The notes: generated by a model not told the origin, from the sequence alone. DNA of 55,386 nt from Azospirillum sp. 51_20 (GCA_963600185.1 CAVCAF010000001.1:1-55386), one strand, 5' to 3'; numbered from the stretch's first letter, positions 1 through 10,520 are shown. Translations and numbers: made by a program.

Positions 1-85
1 TTAAAAACTCTGCGTCTCTGCGACTCTGCGTGAGATTTAAGTAGATAAAGATCTAAAATCTTGTAAATCCTGTCTAAACCAGTAC

Positions 86-118
86 AAGGGGTTAACTTAC
101 CCCTTTACTTTGATCTTT
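86..118 (+). terminator. possible intrinsic terminator of an off-window upstream gene
   Basis: AAGGGG (86-91) pairs with CCCCTT (100-105), giving a 6-bp stem and 8-nt loop. It is followed by TACTTTGATCTTT, which is only a weak T tail. Confidence 0.3.
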
Positions 119-186
119 GACAATTGAATTTTACTTCGAGGCTAGCTGGCAATAAACTAGAAATGCTAGCGAGTGGGCGCGAGATT

Positions 187-195
187 TGGTATAAT
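187..195 (+). promoter_or_regulatory. extended -10 promoter TGGTATAAT
   Basis: TGGTATAAT lies at 187-195, with the ATG of the lipoprotein gene at 205, only 9 nt after the hexamer. The same motif recurs at six or more other unit starts in the window. Confidence 0.6.
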
Positions 196-204
196 AGAGG
201 GCAT

Positions 205-1599
205 ATGAAACTTATGCGAAGGTTGTTTCTAGGTCTAGTCGTCACGAGCTGTGTCGCGCTCAGTGGCTGTTTCTCGGTGGATTCCGCCGCGGCAGAAGCG
301 CGCAAGGCTCTTTTACAGGGCGATATGCCGCGCGTTTGTGCGTGGGCGGAGGAACTGGCGACAAACAGCTCCTACTCTGCCGCGCTTGGGTATGTGGAAG
401 CGGGGCGTGCACGCTTTCTCGCAGGCGACTTCGCCGCGAGTGAGAGTTGGTTTCGCCGCGCCATAGATTCAAGTGTGAAGCGCAGTGAGAGCGGTCCGCG
501 TATCAATCTGACGGATGTTGGGAATACGGCACTCGCGGCGACGGTGACGGATGACCGTACGCGGCAGTATACGCTCGGTGCTTATGAACTGAACTTAGCC
601 CTTCAGTATGGCATTCTCGCCGAGGTGCTGAATAACAAGTATGAAGAGGCCCTCGTTGATTCGCGTCTCGCCATTTATGTGCAAGATACGCTCGCGGAAA
701 AGTTAGGCGGCGACCTCGTCGCGCCTTCCTCCAGCACCAACCAATCGGAACTCGCCGCGCAAAATATCTGCGAAGGACAGGACGCGGCACTGGACGACCT
801 CATAGCGGGGACGCGTAATTCGTGGGAGAATCCTGTCCTTTGGTGGCTGACGGGCATTCTTTTTGAGACGAATGGCGAACTTGACTTCGCGCAACAATCT
901 TACCGCAAGGCGCACGCGATTCGTCCCGAGAACACCTTATTTGCCGCGGACGCCGCGCGGTTCGCCGTGGGCAAGCCCCAACAGCGGTTACCGAAGAAGG
1001 GCAAGGCACGGATAGTCGTCCTTTATGATGCGGGGCTTGTGCCGATGAGGGAGTCGCTCAAGGTGCCCGTCCCCATTTACACAGGCATGGCGATAGACAT
1101 CCCTGTTTATCGTGAAAAGCGCACGACTTACGGGACGCTTCAGGTGGATGGCAGCCAAGGTTCGCTGGGACTTGACGTGACGGCCCTCGCCGCACGCGAC
1201 TTAAAGGAGCAGTTGCCGGGTATTGTCACGCGCAATGTGACGCGCGCGGCAGTGCAGGCTGCCGCCCAAGCCGCCGTTAATAATGCGGGCAATGAGTACG
1301 CCCAAATTGGTGTCTTCGCGGCAAATGCCATTATCTCGGCTCTTCGCCGTGCCGATACGCGCTCGTGGTTGACGCTGCCTGCCCAGACACAAGTCGCCAC
1401 AGTTGAGGATATCACGCCAGGCGCATACGCGCTTAAACTTACGACGGTGCACGGCGTAACGACTTTTGAATGCACCTTAAAGGCGGACGAAACGCGGCTA
1501 ATTTATGTCGCGGATGTTGCGCGTGGTGCGCGGCTTGCTTCCTGTTCACTGGGAGCTACCGCTAATAACACTGTCTTTGAGAATCACGAAGGCTATTAA
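205..1599 (+). CDS. putative lipoprotein of unknown function
   Basis: I trimmed ORF 124..1599 to the ATG at 205. The N-terminus MKLMRRLFLGLVVTSCVALSGC is a signal peptide plus lipobox (LSG|C). It is co-oriented with, and adjacent to, the LpoB-like lipoprotein gene. Confidence 0.6.
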   Translation: MKLMRRLFLGLVVTSCVALSGCFSVDSAAAEARKALLQGDMPRVCAWAEELATNSSYSAALGYVEAGRARFLAGDFAASESWFRRAIDSSVKRSESGPRINLTDVGNTALAATVTDDRTRQYTLGAYELNLALQYGILAEVLNNKYEEALVDSRLAIYVQDTLAEKLGGDLVAPSSSTNQSELAAQNICEGQDAALDDLIAGTRNSWENPVLWWLTGILFETNGELDFAQQSYRKAHAIRPENTLFAADAARFAVGKPQQRLPKKGKARIVVLYDAGLVPMRESLKVPVPIYTGMAIDIPVYREKRTTYGTLQVDGSQGSLGLDVTALAARDLKEQLPGIVTRNVTRAAVQAAAQAAVNNAGNEYAQIGVFAANAIISALRRADTRSWLTLPAQTQVATVEDITPGAYALKLTTVHGVTTFECTLKADETRLIYVADVARGARLASCSLGATANNTVFENHEGY

Positions 1600-1616
1600 A
1601 AAGAAAGGTCCTAATT

Positions 1617-2204
1617 ATGAAACAACTACTCATTCTATTAGCAGTCGCCTCTTTGGCGTATGGGTGCGCGAGTACCAGTGCACGCGAAACGCAACTGGAT
1701 AAGCAGGCACGAAGTGCCGCGCTCGAGCCGCAAGATGTGCGGCGCACGGTTGAAAAGATGGTGGACTCCATGCTCGCTGACGGCGACTTTATTCGTGAAG
1801 TCGGCGGTTCGCGTCCAGTCCTCGATATTGCCAAGGTGCAAAACCGCTCGTCCATGCATCTCGATATGACTTCGCTGACGGACTCTATTCGTACGAAACT
1901 TCTGCGCTCACGCAAGTTCCGTTTTATGGATCACACAACTGCCGCGGACGATTTGCAGTTTATGAATGACCAGGCGCTCAATGGCTTAACGGACTCTAAG
2001 AAGGCTGTTCGTGCGGGTGCACAATCTGCCGCGCAGATGTATCTCTACGGTGCGCTTTCTGAAATGCGTCAGCAGGTGGACGGCGTCACAGACCGTTATT
2101 TCAAGTTCACACTGAACTTAAAGGACTTGCGCTCAGGCGAGATTATCTGGAGCGACGAGCAAGAAATCCGTAAAGAGCAAAAGCGCGGCGTAATCGGCTT
2201 CTAA
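1617..2204 (+). CDS. LpoB-like (COG3417-type) lipoprotein, putative penicillin-binding-protein activator family
   Basis: The N-terminus MKQLLILLAVASLAYGC is a lipoprotein signal. The C-terminal region (YLYGALSEM..YFKFTLNLKDLRSGEIIWSDEQEIRK) resembles the LpoB C-terminal domain pattern. This is a by-eye similarity only. Confidence 0.55.
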   Translation: MKQLLILLAVASLAYGCASTSARETQLDKQARSAALEPQDVRRTVEKMVDSMLADGDFIREVGGSRPVLDIAKVQNRSSMHLDMTSLTDSIRTKLLRSRKFRFMDHTTAADDLQFMNDQALNGLTDSKKAVRAGAQSAAQMYLYGALSEMRQQVDGVTDRYFKFTLNLKDLRSGEIIWSDEQEIRKEQKRGVIGF

Positions 2205-2207
2205 TTC

Positions 2208-3404
2208 ATGGCGAAGCGGCACTTAATTGGCATAGGCGGCGTAGGGATGAGTGCGCTCGCGACGGCACTCCAGAGCCTCGGCGATGAAGTGACGGGCGCG
2301 GATAGAACACTCGGTACGCCCAATATCCGTTCGCTTGAAGGGCGCGGCATTAAGTGCTATCCCGATGATGGTTCGGGGGTTGACGCGGCGACCGATGAGG
2401 TTATTGTCTCAACGGCTATTGAGTCCGACAACGCTGGACTCAAGCGTGCCGCGGCACTCGGCATACCTATTACACATCGCGCCGCGGCACTTGCACGGAC
2501 GCTTAGCGGTTTTAAACTCATTGCTGTCGCGGGCACCTGCGGCAAGTCTACCGTTACGGCCATGCTCGGGCACATCCTTACGGAATGTGGGTTAGACCCA
2601 TTTTGCGTGAATGGTGCGAATGTACCAGGCTGGCAAGGGGCGGTGCGTCCCGGGAAGGGTAAGTATGCTGTCGCTGAGGTGGACGAGAGCGACAAGTCCC
2701 TCGTCGCCTTTCATCCGTACGCGGCAATTATTACAAATGCTTCCGCCGACCATTATTCTAAGGAAGAAATGGACGCGGTCTTTGACGCCTTTATTGCGGG
2801 GGTGCCCGGTCCAATTGTGGATGGACGCGTAGATGTCGGCGAGGTAGCCGTGTCGCTACCCGGTAAACATAATCGCGCGAACGCCTACCTCGCTTTACGG
2901 ATGGCTCTTGCGCTTGGGTGCGAAGAAAGTGCCGCGCGCGGCGCTTTACTTACTTTTAAAGGTGTTGAGCGGCGCTTGCAGAAGTATGGGACGCGGGTTT
3001 ATGATGATTACGCGCACAATCCCGAGAAGCTGCACGCTATGTGGACGACGCTTACGGAAGAGTTTCCCGCGGGGATTTGCGTTATTTGGCGTCCCCATGG
3101 GTACGCGCCGTTGCGCAAAATGAAGTCCGCGCTCGCGGCAATGTTTAACGCGGTGGTGCGTCCCCAAGATAAGCTCCTCTTGTTGCCAGTCTATGATGTG
3201 GGTGGCACAACCGATCGCTCGCTTAATTCTCAAGACCTCGCGGCAGAACTGCGCGAAGGGGTGTGCGAGCTTGTGCCAAGCCTAGAGGCGGCGTATGCGT
3301 GGGCTTTAGCGCACGCTCAGGACTATGCCGCGTTCGCAACCTGCGGGGCGCGTGACCCTGATTTGCCCAGTCTCGCCGCCCGACTCGCCGAAAAATTGTC
3401 GTAA
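2208..3404 (+). CDS. Mur ligase family protein (MurC/Mpl-like, short at 398 aa)
   Basis: The N-terminus has GIGGVGMSALA, a MurC-type Rossmann motif. AGTCGKSTVTAM is the P-loop, EVDESDKS and NASADH are Mur ligase middle-domain motifs, and YDDYAHNP is the C-terminal domain motif. Confidence 0.75.
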   Translation: MAKRHLIGIGGVGMSALATALQSLGDEVTGADRTLGTPNIRSLEGRGIKCYPDDGSGVDAATDEVIVSTAIESDNAGLKRAAALGIPITHRAAALARTLSGFKLIAVAGTCGKSTVTAMLGHILTECGLDPFCVNGANVPGWQGAVRPGKGKYAVAEVDESDKSLVAFHPYAAIITNASADHYSKEEMDAVFDAFIAGVPGPIVDGRVDVGEVAVSLPGKHNRANAYLALRMALALGCEESAARGALLTFKGVERRLQKYGTRVYDDYAHNPEKLHAMWTTLTEEFPAGICVIWRPHGYAPLRKMKSALAAMFNAVVRPQDKLLLLPVYDVGGTTDRSLNSQDLAAELREGVCELVPSLEAAYAWALAHAQDYAAFATCGARDPDLPSLAARLAEKLS

Positions 3405-3431
3405 GTTTTACTGTACTTTCGCCGAAAGAAG

Positions 3432-3440
3432 TGGTATACT
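3432..3440 (+). promoter_or_regulatory. extended -10 promoter TGGTATACT
   Basis: TGGTATACT lies in the 74-nt gap between the Mur ligase stop and the FHA gene. Confidence 0.45.
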
Positions 3441-3478
3441 CTATATTAGTAAAAAGTTTGAAAGGATTTTGAAAGAGG

Positions 3479-4171
3479 ATGAAAATCAAACTCATAGTGA
3501 CATTGAATAAGGAGTTGATGAGCCTGAGCTTCATTAACCAACAGGAAATTACGGTTGGTCGTGATGTCTCTAATACCATTGCGCCCCTGACGGCGGATGG
3601 GCTCTCACGGCGCCATGCGCGCCTCTTCGTGGAGAATGGCAAGTGGTTCGTTGAGGACTGTGGCAGTACGAACGGCACTTACAAGATGGGCACGAAGCTC
3701 GAAGGACGCGAAGAGCTAAAAGTCCATGACCTCCTGCAGTTCGGCAAACTTGAGATTTCGGTTGAGAGTATCCTCTCGGGCGATGAACCCATTACGGAAC
3801 CTGCGCCCGCCCCTACGGCACGCACAGAAAAGACGCTTGAATTGCCGCGTCCTGTCCCGCCGATTAGCCCCATTGGCATTAAGAAGCCCGAGACACCTGC
3901 GCCAGCCGTTGCGGAACTCGAACCTGTTGCTGAGTTAACGCCTGTTGAGGAAGTTAAGGAGCTTCCCAAGGCGGCTCCTGCCGCGGCTCCCGCGCTAACG
4001 CCCGTGGCCAAACCAGGGCTTAAGCCAGGTCTTAAGTTGCCCCCTCACAAAACGCTTGGTTCAGGCATTAAACTCCCGCCCAAGAAGCCTATGTTGGGTG
4101 CGGGGTTAAAGTTGCCGCCGCGTCCGATTCTTAAGGTTCCGCCTAAAAAGCCTGCCGCGCCAGCCTCTTAA
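3479..4171 (+). CDS. FHA domain protein with proline-rich repetitive C-terminus
   Basis: ITVGRD...GLSRRHARL...DCGSTNGTY is the FHA signature. The C-terminus carries repeated (G)LKLPP/KKP units. An alternative start is the ATG at 3518, preceded by AAGGAG. The stop overlaps the ligA start (TAATG). Confidence 0.8.
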   Translation: MKIKLIVTLNKELMSLSFINQQEITVGRDVSNTIAPLTADGLSRRHARLFVENGKWFVEDCGSTNGTYKMGTKLEGREELKVHDLLQFGKLEISVESILSGDEPITEPAPAPTARTEKTLELPRPVPPISPIGIKKPETPAPAVAELEPVAELTPVEEVKELPKAAPAAAPALTPVAKPGLKPGLKLPPHKTLGSGIKLPPKKPMLGAGLKLPPRPILKVPPKKPAAPAS

Positions 4172-6147
4172 TGGCAGAGCTTGAGGCTAGCCGCGCACGG
4201 ATGCGCGAACTCTGCGCCCAGTTAAATGCCGCGTCCGCGGCATACTATAATGGGCAAGCGGAGTTGATGTCCGATCACGAATGGGACGCGCTCTTTGACG
4301 AACTCAAGAAGCTTGAGCAAGATACGGGAATTATCCTCCCCGAGTCGCCGGTCCAGCATGTTAGTGCCGATTCGCTCGTGGGACGCAAGGAGCGGCACGA
4401 ATTCGCCGCGCTTTCCCTCGCGAAGACGAAGAGCATTGCCGAAGTCGCGAAATGGGCTGAGGGACGCCCCATTTGGATTTCTTGGAAGCTCGATGGCTTA
4501 ACGCTCGTCGTCACCTATGATAATGGGCTATTAACGAAAGTCGTCACCCGCGGCGACGGCACAATCGGGACGAATATTACCCATCTCGCGCCTGGCATTG
4601 AGGGCATCCCTCAGAAGATAAATGCGAAAGGGCACCTCGTCATCCGTGGTGAGGCGGTTATCTCTTATGCCGACTTTGAGGCGTTTTTGGCGACTTCGCG
4701 CGAAGAGTTCGCCAATCCCCGCAATCTAGCCTCGGGTTCACTCGCGCTAAAGGATGTAGAAGAATTAAAAGCGCGGCACTTGCGCTGGATTCCCTTTACG
4801 CTCGTTTATGCCGAAGATGCGTTGCTTTCGTGGGGCGCGCGGCGCGATTATTTAAAGTCCGTTGGCTTAGGTGCTGTAGATTGTGAGCGCGTGGAAAGCC
4901 CGACAATCGCCAATCTCGAGGCGGTTATTGCGCGTTGGACATCGCGCGTTGTGAACCGTGAGAATCCTTATCCCGTGGATGGACTCGTTGTGGTGTATGA
5001 TGATACCGCCTACGCGCAAACGGGATCCGTGACGGGACATCATGCGACGCGGGCAGGGCTCGCCTTTAAGTGGCAGGATGAAGAGGCAACGACGACACTT
5101 AAATATATTGAGTGGAGTTGCGCCGTAAGCGCGATTTCGCCTGTTGCCGTATTTGAGCCTGTCGCGCTTGAGGGAACCAGCGTCCGCCGCGCGAATCTTT
5201 GTAATATTTCCGAATGCGAACGCCTTGGTGTTGGCGATAAAGGGACGGAACTTGTCGTTATTAAGGCGAATAAGATTATCCCGAAGGTCGTTCGGGTGAC
5301 GCGCAAGGTTGGTGATTTTGCGCCGCCGAGTACCTGCCCTGTGTGCGGTGCGAAGACGGCGGTTGTGGAGTCCGCGACAGGCACACGTAAGTTGATTTGT
5401 ACAAATGCGGAGTGCCCCGCGCGGACACTCGCTAAGTTTATTCGCTTTGTCTCTAAAGACGGACTCGACATTGACGGGCTCGGCGGCGAAACACTCGCGA
5501 AGTTTGTGAATGAGGGTTGGCTCAAAACGCCTGCGGATATCCTTAGGTTAGACAAGCACGCGGATGAAATTGCCGCGCTGGAAGGCTTTGGCGAAAAGAG
5601 TGCGCAGAATATTTGCGCGGCATTAGCGGCGGCGAAAAAGCGCGAGGCAGTAAACTTTCTTGTCGCGCTCTCGATTCCGCTGTGCGGGAGGGATGTTGCG
5701 AAGAAGCTTCTCGCAGATGTCGGGTCGGTAAAAGAACTTGTAGAAAAGGCACGCATGGCATCGCCCGATGCATTCGCTTCGATTGACGGGATTGGCCCTG
5801 CCAAGAGCGCGGCATTTGTGGGGTGGATGCAGTCCGCCCCAAATGCCGCGCTAGTCGATGATTTATTAGGTGAACTTGAGCTTACGATGCCGCCGAAGGT
5901 GACGGCGGGGGCTTGTGCGGGGCTTACATTCGTTATTACAGGCGACCTCGTGGGCTACGCTAATCGCGATATGTTGAAAGCCAAAATAGAGTCCCTTGGC
6001 GGCAAAGTCGCGGGGTCTGTCTCGGGCAAAACGGACTTTTTAATCAATAATGATGCCCAGTCAAGCTCCTCAAAGAACAAAAAAGCCCAAGCACTCGGCG
6101 TACCCATCCTAACAGAAAAAGATTTCGAAATGCGATTCGGTACTTGA
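4171..6147 (+). CDS. ligA: NAD-dependent DNA ligase
   Basis: KLDG is the adenylation lysine motif. A four-Cys zinc finger (CPVCG...C..AECP), HhH repeats and a C-terminal BRCT-like domain (FVITGDL...GGKV) are present, and the 658-aa length fits. Confidence 0.95.
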   Translation: MAELEASRARMRELCAQLNAASAAYYNGQAELMSDHEWDALFDELKKLEQDTGIILPESPVQHVSADSLVGRKERHEFAALSLAKTKSIAEVAKWAEGRPIWISWKLDGLTLVVTYDNGLLTKVVTRGDGTIGTNITHLAPGIEGIPQKINAKGHLVIRGEAVISYADFEAFLATSREEFANPRNLASGSLALKDVEELKARHLRWIPFTLVYAEDALLSWGARRDYLKSVGLGAVDCERVESPTIANLEAVIARWTSRVVNRENPYPVDGLVVVYDDTAYAQTGSVTGHHATRAGLAFKWQDEEATTTLKYIEWSCAVSAISPVAVFEPVALEGTSVRRANLCNISECERLGVGDKGTELVVIKANKIIPKVVRVTRKVGDFAPPSTCPVCGAKTAVVESATGTRKLICTNAECPARTLAKFIRFVSKDGLDIDGLGGETLAKFVNEGWLKTPADILRLDKHADEIAALEGFGEKSAQNICAALAAAKKREAVNFLVALSIPLCGRDVAKKLLADVGSVKELVEKARMASPDAFASIDGIGPAKSAAFVGWMQSAPNAALVDDLLGELELTMPPKVTAGACAGLTFVITGDLVGYANRDMLKAKIESLGGKVAGSVSGKTDFLINNDAQSSSSKNKKAQALGVPILTEKDFEMRFGT

Positions 6148-6174
6148 CTTTTCACCCCAAAAAATTGTACAATA
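6144..6174 (+). promoter_or_regulatory. candidate sigma70 promoter (TTGACT-N19-TACAAT)
   Basis: TTGACT lies at 6144-6149 and TACAAT at 6169-6174, preceded by TG. The spacer is long, so confidence is only moderate. AAAGGA lies upstream of the ATG at 6210. Confidence 0.35.
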
Positions 6175-6209
6175 TTAGGCAGATTTGTCCAGCAAAGGAA
6201 ACGAAAAAT

Positions 6210-6914
6210 ATGAAAAATACAGTAAAGTACGGTTTGGCGGCTCTCGCGCTCGCGTCAGTTTCGCCTATTTTCGCTCAGGAACAAGAGTCCGAAACGGTCG
6301 GCTGGACGCCTATCGCTTTCGGTATCGCCACGCCCGTTCAGCTCCCTTGGGGCATGAACATGTGGGATGTCTTTGGGTTAGACCTTAATCTAATCTATTC
6401 TGACGCGCCCTTGATGTATGGTCTTGATATTGGTGGTTTAGCCGCGTTGACGCGCGGAGATATGCGCGGCGTTCAGGTCTCGGGGCTCGGCAATATCGCG
6501 CTCGCGGATGTCTACGGTCTTCGTGCTACGATTGGCGTTAACTACGCGTGGGACGGCGAAGTCTATGGCGCTGATTTAGGTATGGTTGGTATTACGCGTA
6601 AGTTCGCGGGTCTCAATGTTGAGTTCATCGGTAGCTACCATGAAGAGTTCTGCGGTCTTGAAGTAGCGCTCATCGGCAACATCGTCCGCGGCGAAGCGAC
6701 AGGTGCACAGGTCGCGGGGCTTGCTAACTACGCGCAAAAGGCGAGTGGCGCTCAAGTCGCGATTGGCTTTAATATGACCGAAGTTCTTAATGGCGCACAA
6801 ATTTCGCTCGTTAACTATGCGCGTGAGTGTCCCGCGGGCTTCCAGATTGGTCTCATCAATATTATTATTGATAACAAGATCAAGGTCCTGCCTATCGTTA
6901 ACGGCTACTTCTGA
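6210..6914 (+). CDS. secreted repeat protein (Gly/Asn-rich approx 20-aa repeats, G.Q.(A/S)G..N type)
   Basis: I trimmed this to the ATG at 6210. The signal peptide is MKNTVKYGLAALALASVSPIFAQ. Internal repeats include GVQVSGLGNIA, GAQVAGLANYA, GAQVAIGFNM, GAQISLVNYA and GFQIGLINII. Confidence 0.6.
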   Translation: MKNTVKYGLAALALASVSPIFAQEQESETVGWTPIAFGIATPVQLPWGMNMWDVFGLDLNLIYSDAPLMYGLDIGGLAALTRGDMRGVQVSGLGNIALADVYGLRATIGVNYAWDGEVYGADLGMVGITRKFAGLNVEFIGSYHEEFCGLEVALIGNIVRGEATGAQVAGLANYAQKASGAQVAIGFNMTEVLNGAQISLVNYARECPAGFQIGLINIIIDNKIKVLPIVNGYF

Positions 6915-6927
6915 TATTGGTTGAAGC

Positions 6928-7920
6928 GTGAAGAACTCGCAATTTCTTAAGAAGCCGACGGCGGGGGCAACGAAAGCCCCCGTACGCGCAGAAAAAAGGC
7001 ATGGGCTAGGGCGCGGACTTGATTCGCTCATTGCGCCTAAGGCTAGTGCCGCGTCTCCCGTAGCGTCTGCCGCGCCAGCCTTGCGTGTGCCGTCAGTCGC
7101 GCGCAATGAGGTTTCCTTTGAACTCCCCATAAACGAGATCGCGCGTAGCCCTTATCAGCCGCGCCGCGACTTCAAAGAAGGGGAGTTAAAGGAACTCGCG
7201 GAGTCTCTTAAGAATAACGGGCTCGTCCAACCCCCAACCGTCCGCAAGAACGCGGCAGGTAAGTGGGAGTTAATCGCGGGTGAGCGTCGCCTTCGTGCGG
7301 CGCAACTCGCGGGTTGGCAGCGTATTCAGGTTGTCGTTAAGAATGTGGATGACCTGACCGCCGCCGCGATGACGACGACGGAAAATCTTCAGCGTGAAGA
7401 CCTGAACCCAATCGAAGAGGCGGCGAGCTATAAGACCTTGCAAGACCAATTTGGGCTAACCCAGCAAGAAGTCGCCGCGCGGGTCGGGAAGGGACGCGCC
7501 ACCGTCGCGAATGCCGTCCGTCTCTTAGAGTTGCCAGAGGAAGTTAAGGCGCTTATCCAAAGCGGACTTCTTTCGTCCGGGCACGCGAAAGTGCTTCTCT
7601 CGGTTGAGGATGAGAAGCATCGTATACTTCTCGCGCGTGATAGCGTTAATGAACAGTTGACCGTTAGAGCCTTGGAGAAGAGGATCGCGCGGCTTAGCGA
7701 GCCTATTAAGGAAAAGAAGAAGGGCGAAAATGATTTGCCCGATGGCTATGTTCGTGCGCTCTGTGATAAATTACGTAAGCACCTCGGGTGCGCCGTCCGG
7801 TTAACAAGCGGGGTTACCCACGCTAATGGCAAGCACTCCAAAGGCGTTCTTGAGATTGATTTCTTTGATAATGATGAGCTAGATCGTATTTTGCGCATGA
7901 TAGGCGTAGAGGTCGATTGA
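6928..7920 (+). CDS. parB: chromosome partitioning protein ParB/Spo0J
   Basis: GRGLDSLI, the ParB box LIAGERRLRAAQLAG and an HTH (QQEVAARVGKGRATVANAVRLL) are present. The start is GTG. Confidence 0.9.
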   Translation: MKNSQFLKKPTAGATKAPVRAEKRHGLGRGLDSLIAPKASAASPVASAAPALRVPSVARNEVSFELPINEIARSPYQPRRDFKEGELKELAESLKNNGLVQPPTVRKNAAGKWELIAGERRLRAAQLAGWQRIQVVVKNVDDLTAAAMTTTENLQREDLNPIEEAASYKTLQDQFGLTQQEVAARVGKGRATVANAVRLLELPEEVKALIQSGLLSSGHAKVLLSVEDEKHRILLARDSVNEQLTVRALEKRIARLSEPIKEKKKGENDLPDGYVRALCDKLRKHLGCAVRLTSGVTHANGKHSKGVLEIDFFDNDELDRILRMIGVEVD

Positions 7921-7923
7921 GGT

Positions 7924-8814
7924 ATGATTGGTAGTGTTTGTTTTCTAGCAGCTTCTCTTGTGTTTTCGCCAGCAGAGGCGAAAGTCGCGTATAATGTCGC
8001 GGCGGATTTAGTTGAGAATTGTACGCCGCGCGACGCGGGTACATTCGGGTCAAGCCGTGCCGCGTATCGTCTTTTGGACGCGATTAGTTCAACGGGTGCG
8101 GACGCTACCCTCGACCGCTTTAAGGTTATTACCCCGCGCGGCGAAAAGACCATGATTAATATTGAGTCCGCGTTCGTTGCCTCGGATGACGCGGAATGGA
8201 TTGTCTTTCTCTCTCACTACGATACAAAGATGGGAGTTGCCTGCCCAGGCGCAGATGATGGCGCGAGTACTTCGGGCTTATTAGTCGCGCTTGCCGATCT
8301 CCTCTACAAGGAGCGTCCCACTAATTGTAATATACTTCTCGCGTGGCTCGATGGCGAGGAGAGTATGGTTGCCTACGGCAAGGATGACGGACTTTGGGGG
8401 TCGCGGCATTTAGCCGAGAAACTTAAGGATCGCCGCGCTAAGGTGCGTGCCGTTTTTTGTCTTGATATGCTGGGCGGCAAAGACCTCGTTGTCGCCGTCC
8501 CTAAGAATGGAAATGCCGCCTTGCGGCGCGTCGTCCAAAAAGTAGCGCGGCATTTAGGTAAGGAAGATCGTGTTAAACTCGTCGGGGATAGCATTACCGA
8601 CGACCATGTCCCTTTTCATGAGGCGGGGTTTCGCGCTGTTGACTTAATCGGGATGTGCTCTGCGCGTCCGCTCCCTTATTGGCATACGCCCGAGGACACG
8701 ATGAAGAACATTTCGGAGGAGTCGCTACTTTTCGCGGGGGAACTCGCCGTTGCGCTACTGAATGGGCTTACACCCGAGGAAGAAAAAACGGCGGCATCCT
8801 CGCCAACAAAATGA
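7924..8814 (+). CDS. M28 family zinc peptidase (aminopeptidase/glutaminyl-cyclase-like), secreted
   Basis: There is a signal peptide. SHYDTK...[10 protein letters not shown]...WLDGEE...DMLG...DDHVPF are the M28 metal-ligand motifs. Confidence 0.8.
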   Translation: MIGSVCFLAASLVFSPAEAKVAYNVAADLVENCTPRDAGTFGSSRAAYRLLDAISSTGADATLDRFKVITPRGEKTMINIESAFVASDDAEWIVFLSHYDTKMGVACPGADDGASTSGLLVALADLLYKERPTNCNILLAWLDGEESMVAYGKDDGLWGSRHLAEKLKDRRAKVRAVFCLDMLGGKDLVVAVPKNGNAALRRVVQKVARHLGKEDRVKLVGDSITDDHVPFHEAGFRAVDLIGMCSARPLPYWHTPEDTMKNISEESLLFAGELAVALLNGLTPEEEKTAASSPTK

Positions 8815-8837
8815 CTTTATTTAAGGAGATTCAAAAC

Positions 8838-10454
<1,617 letters not shown>

Positions 10455-10478
10455 GTCTTAAGCACCACATCCCCTTTA

Positions 10479-10520
10479 GCCGCGGCAAGAATCTCCTTCT
10501 CATGCCGCGGCACTTTTTAT
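10479..10520 (+). terminator. intrinsic terminator of pgi
   Basis: GCCGCGGC (10479-10486) and GCCGCGGC (10504-10511) form an 8-bp GC stem with a 17-nt loop, followed by ACTTTTTAT. Confidence 0.7.

Noticed and set aside
1-60. CTCTGCG 8-9-nt mini-repeat at the window edge (CTCTGCGTCTCTGCGACTCTGCGTGAG)
   Set aside because: There are only three short copies at the truncated edge of the window. The context is missing, so it cannot be interpreted.
5040-5804. 254-aa minus-strand ORF. The same reasoning applies to 17110..17820, 44132..44974, 47031..47963, 40381..41142 and 49947..50597.
   Set aside because: All of these lie antisense inside strongly supported + strand genes (ligA, dnaX, the Na/Pi transporter, hom, fprA, GT4). 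They are Ser/Ala/Arg-rich with no domain signatures.
8655-8837. Upstream extensions of ORF-track genes. Examples are pgi from 8655, the lipoprotein from 124, the repeat protein from 6144, adk from 12069 and the membrane protein from 42873.
   Set aside because: The extensions overlap the preceding gene or contain the promoter or RBS. Internal ATGs have proper RBS or promoter spacing, and the conserved N-termini (P-loop, signal peptides) begin at the downstream start.
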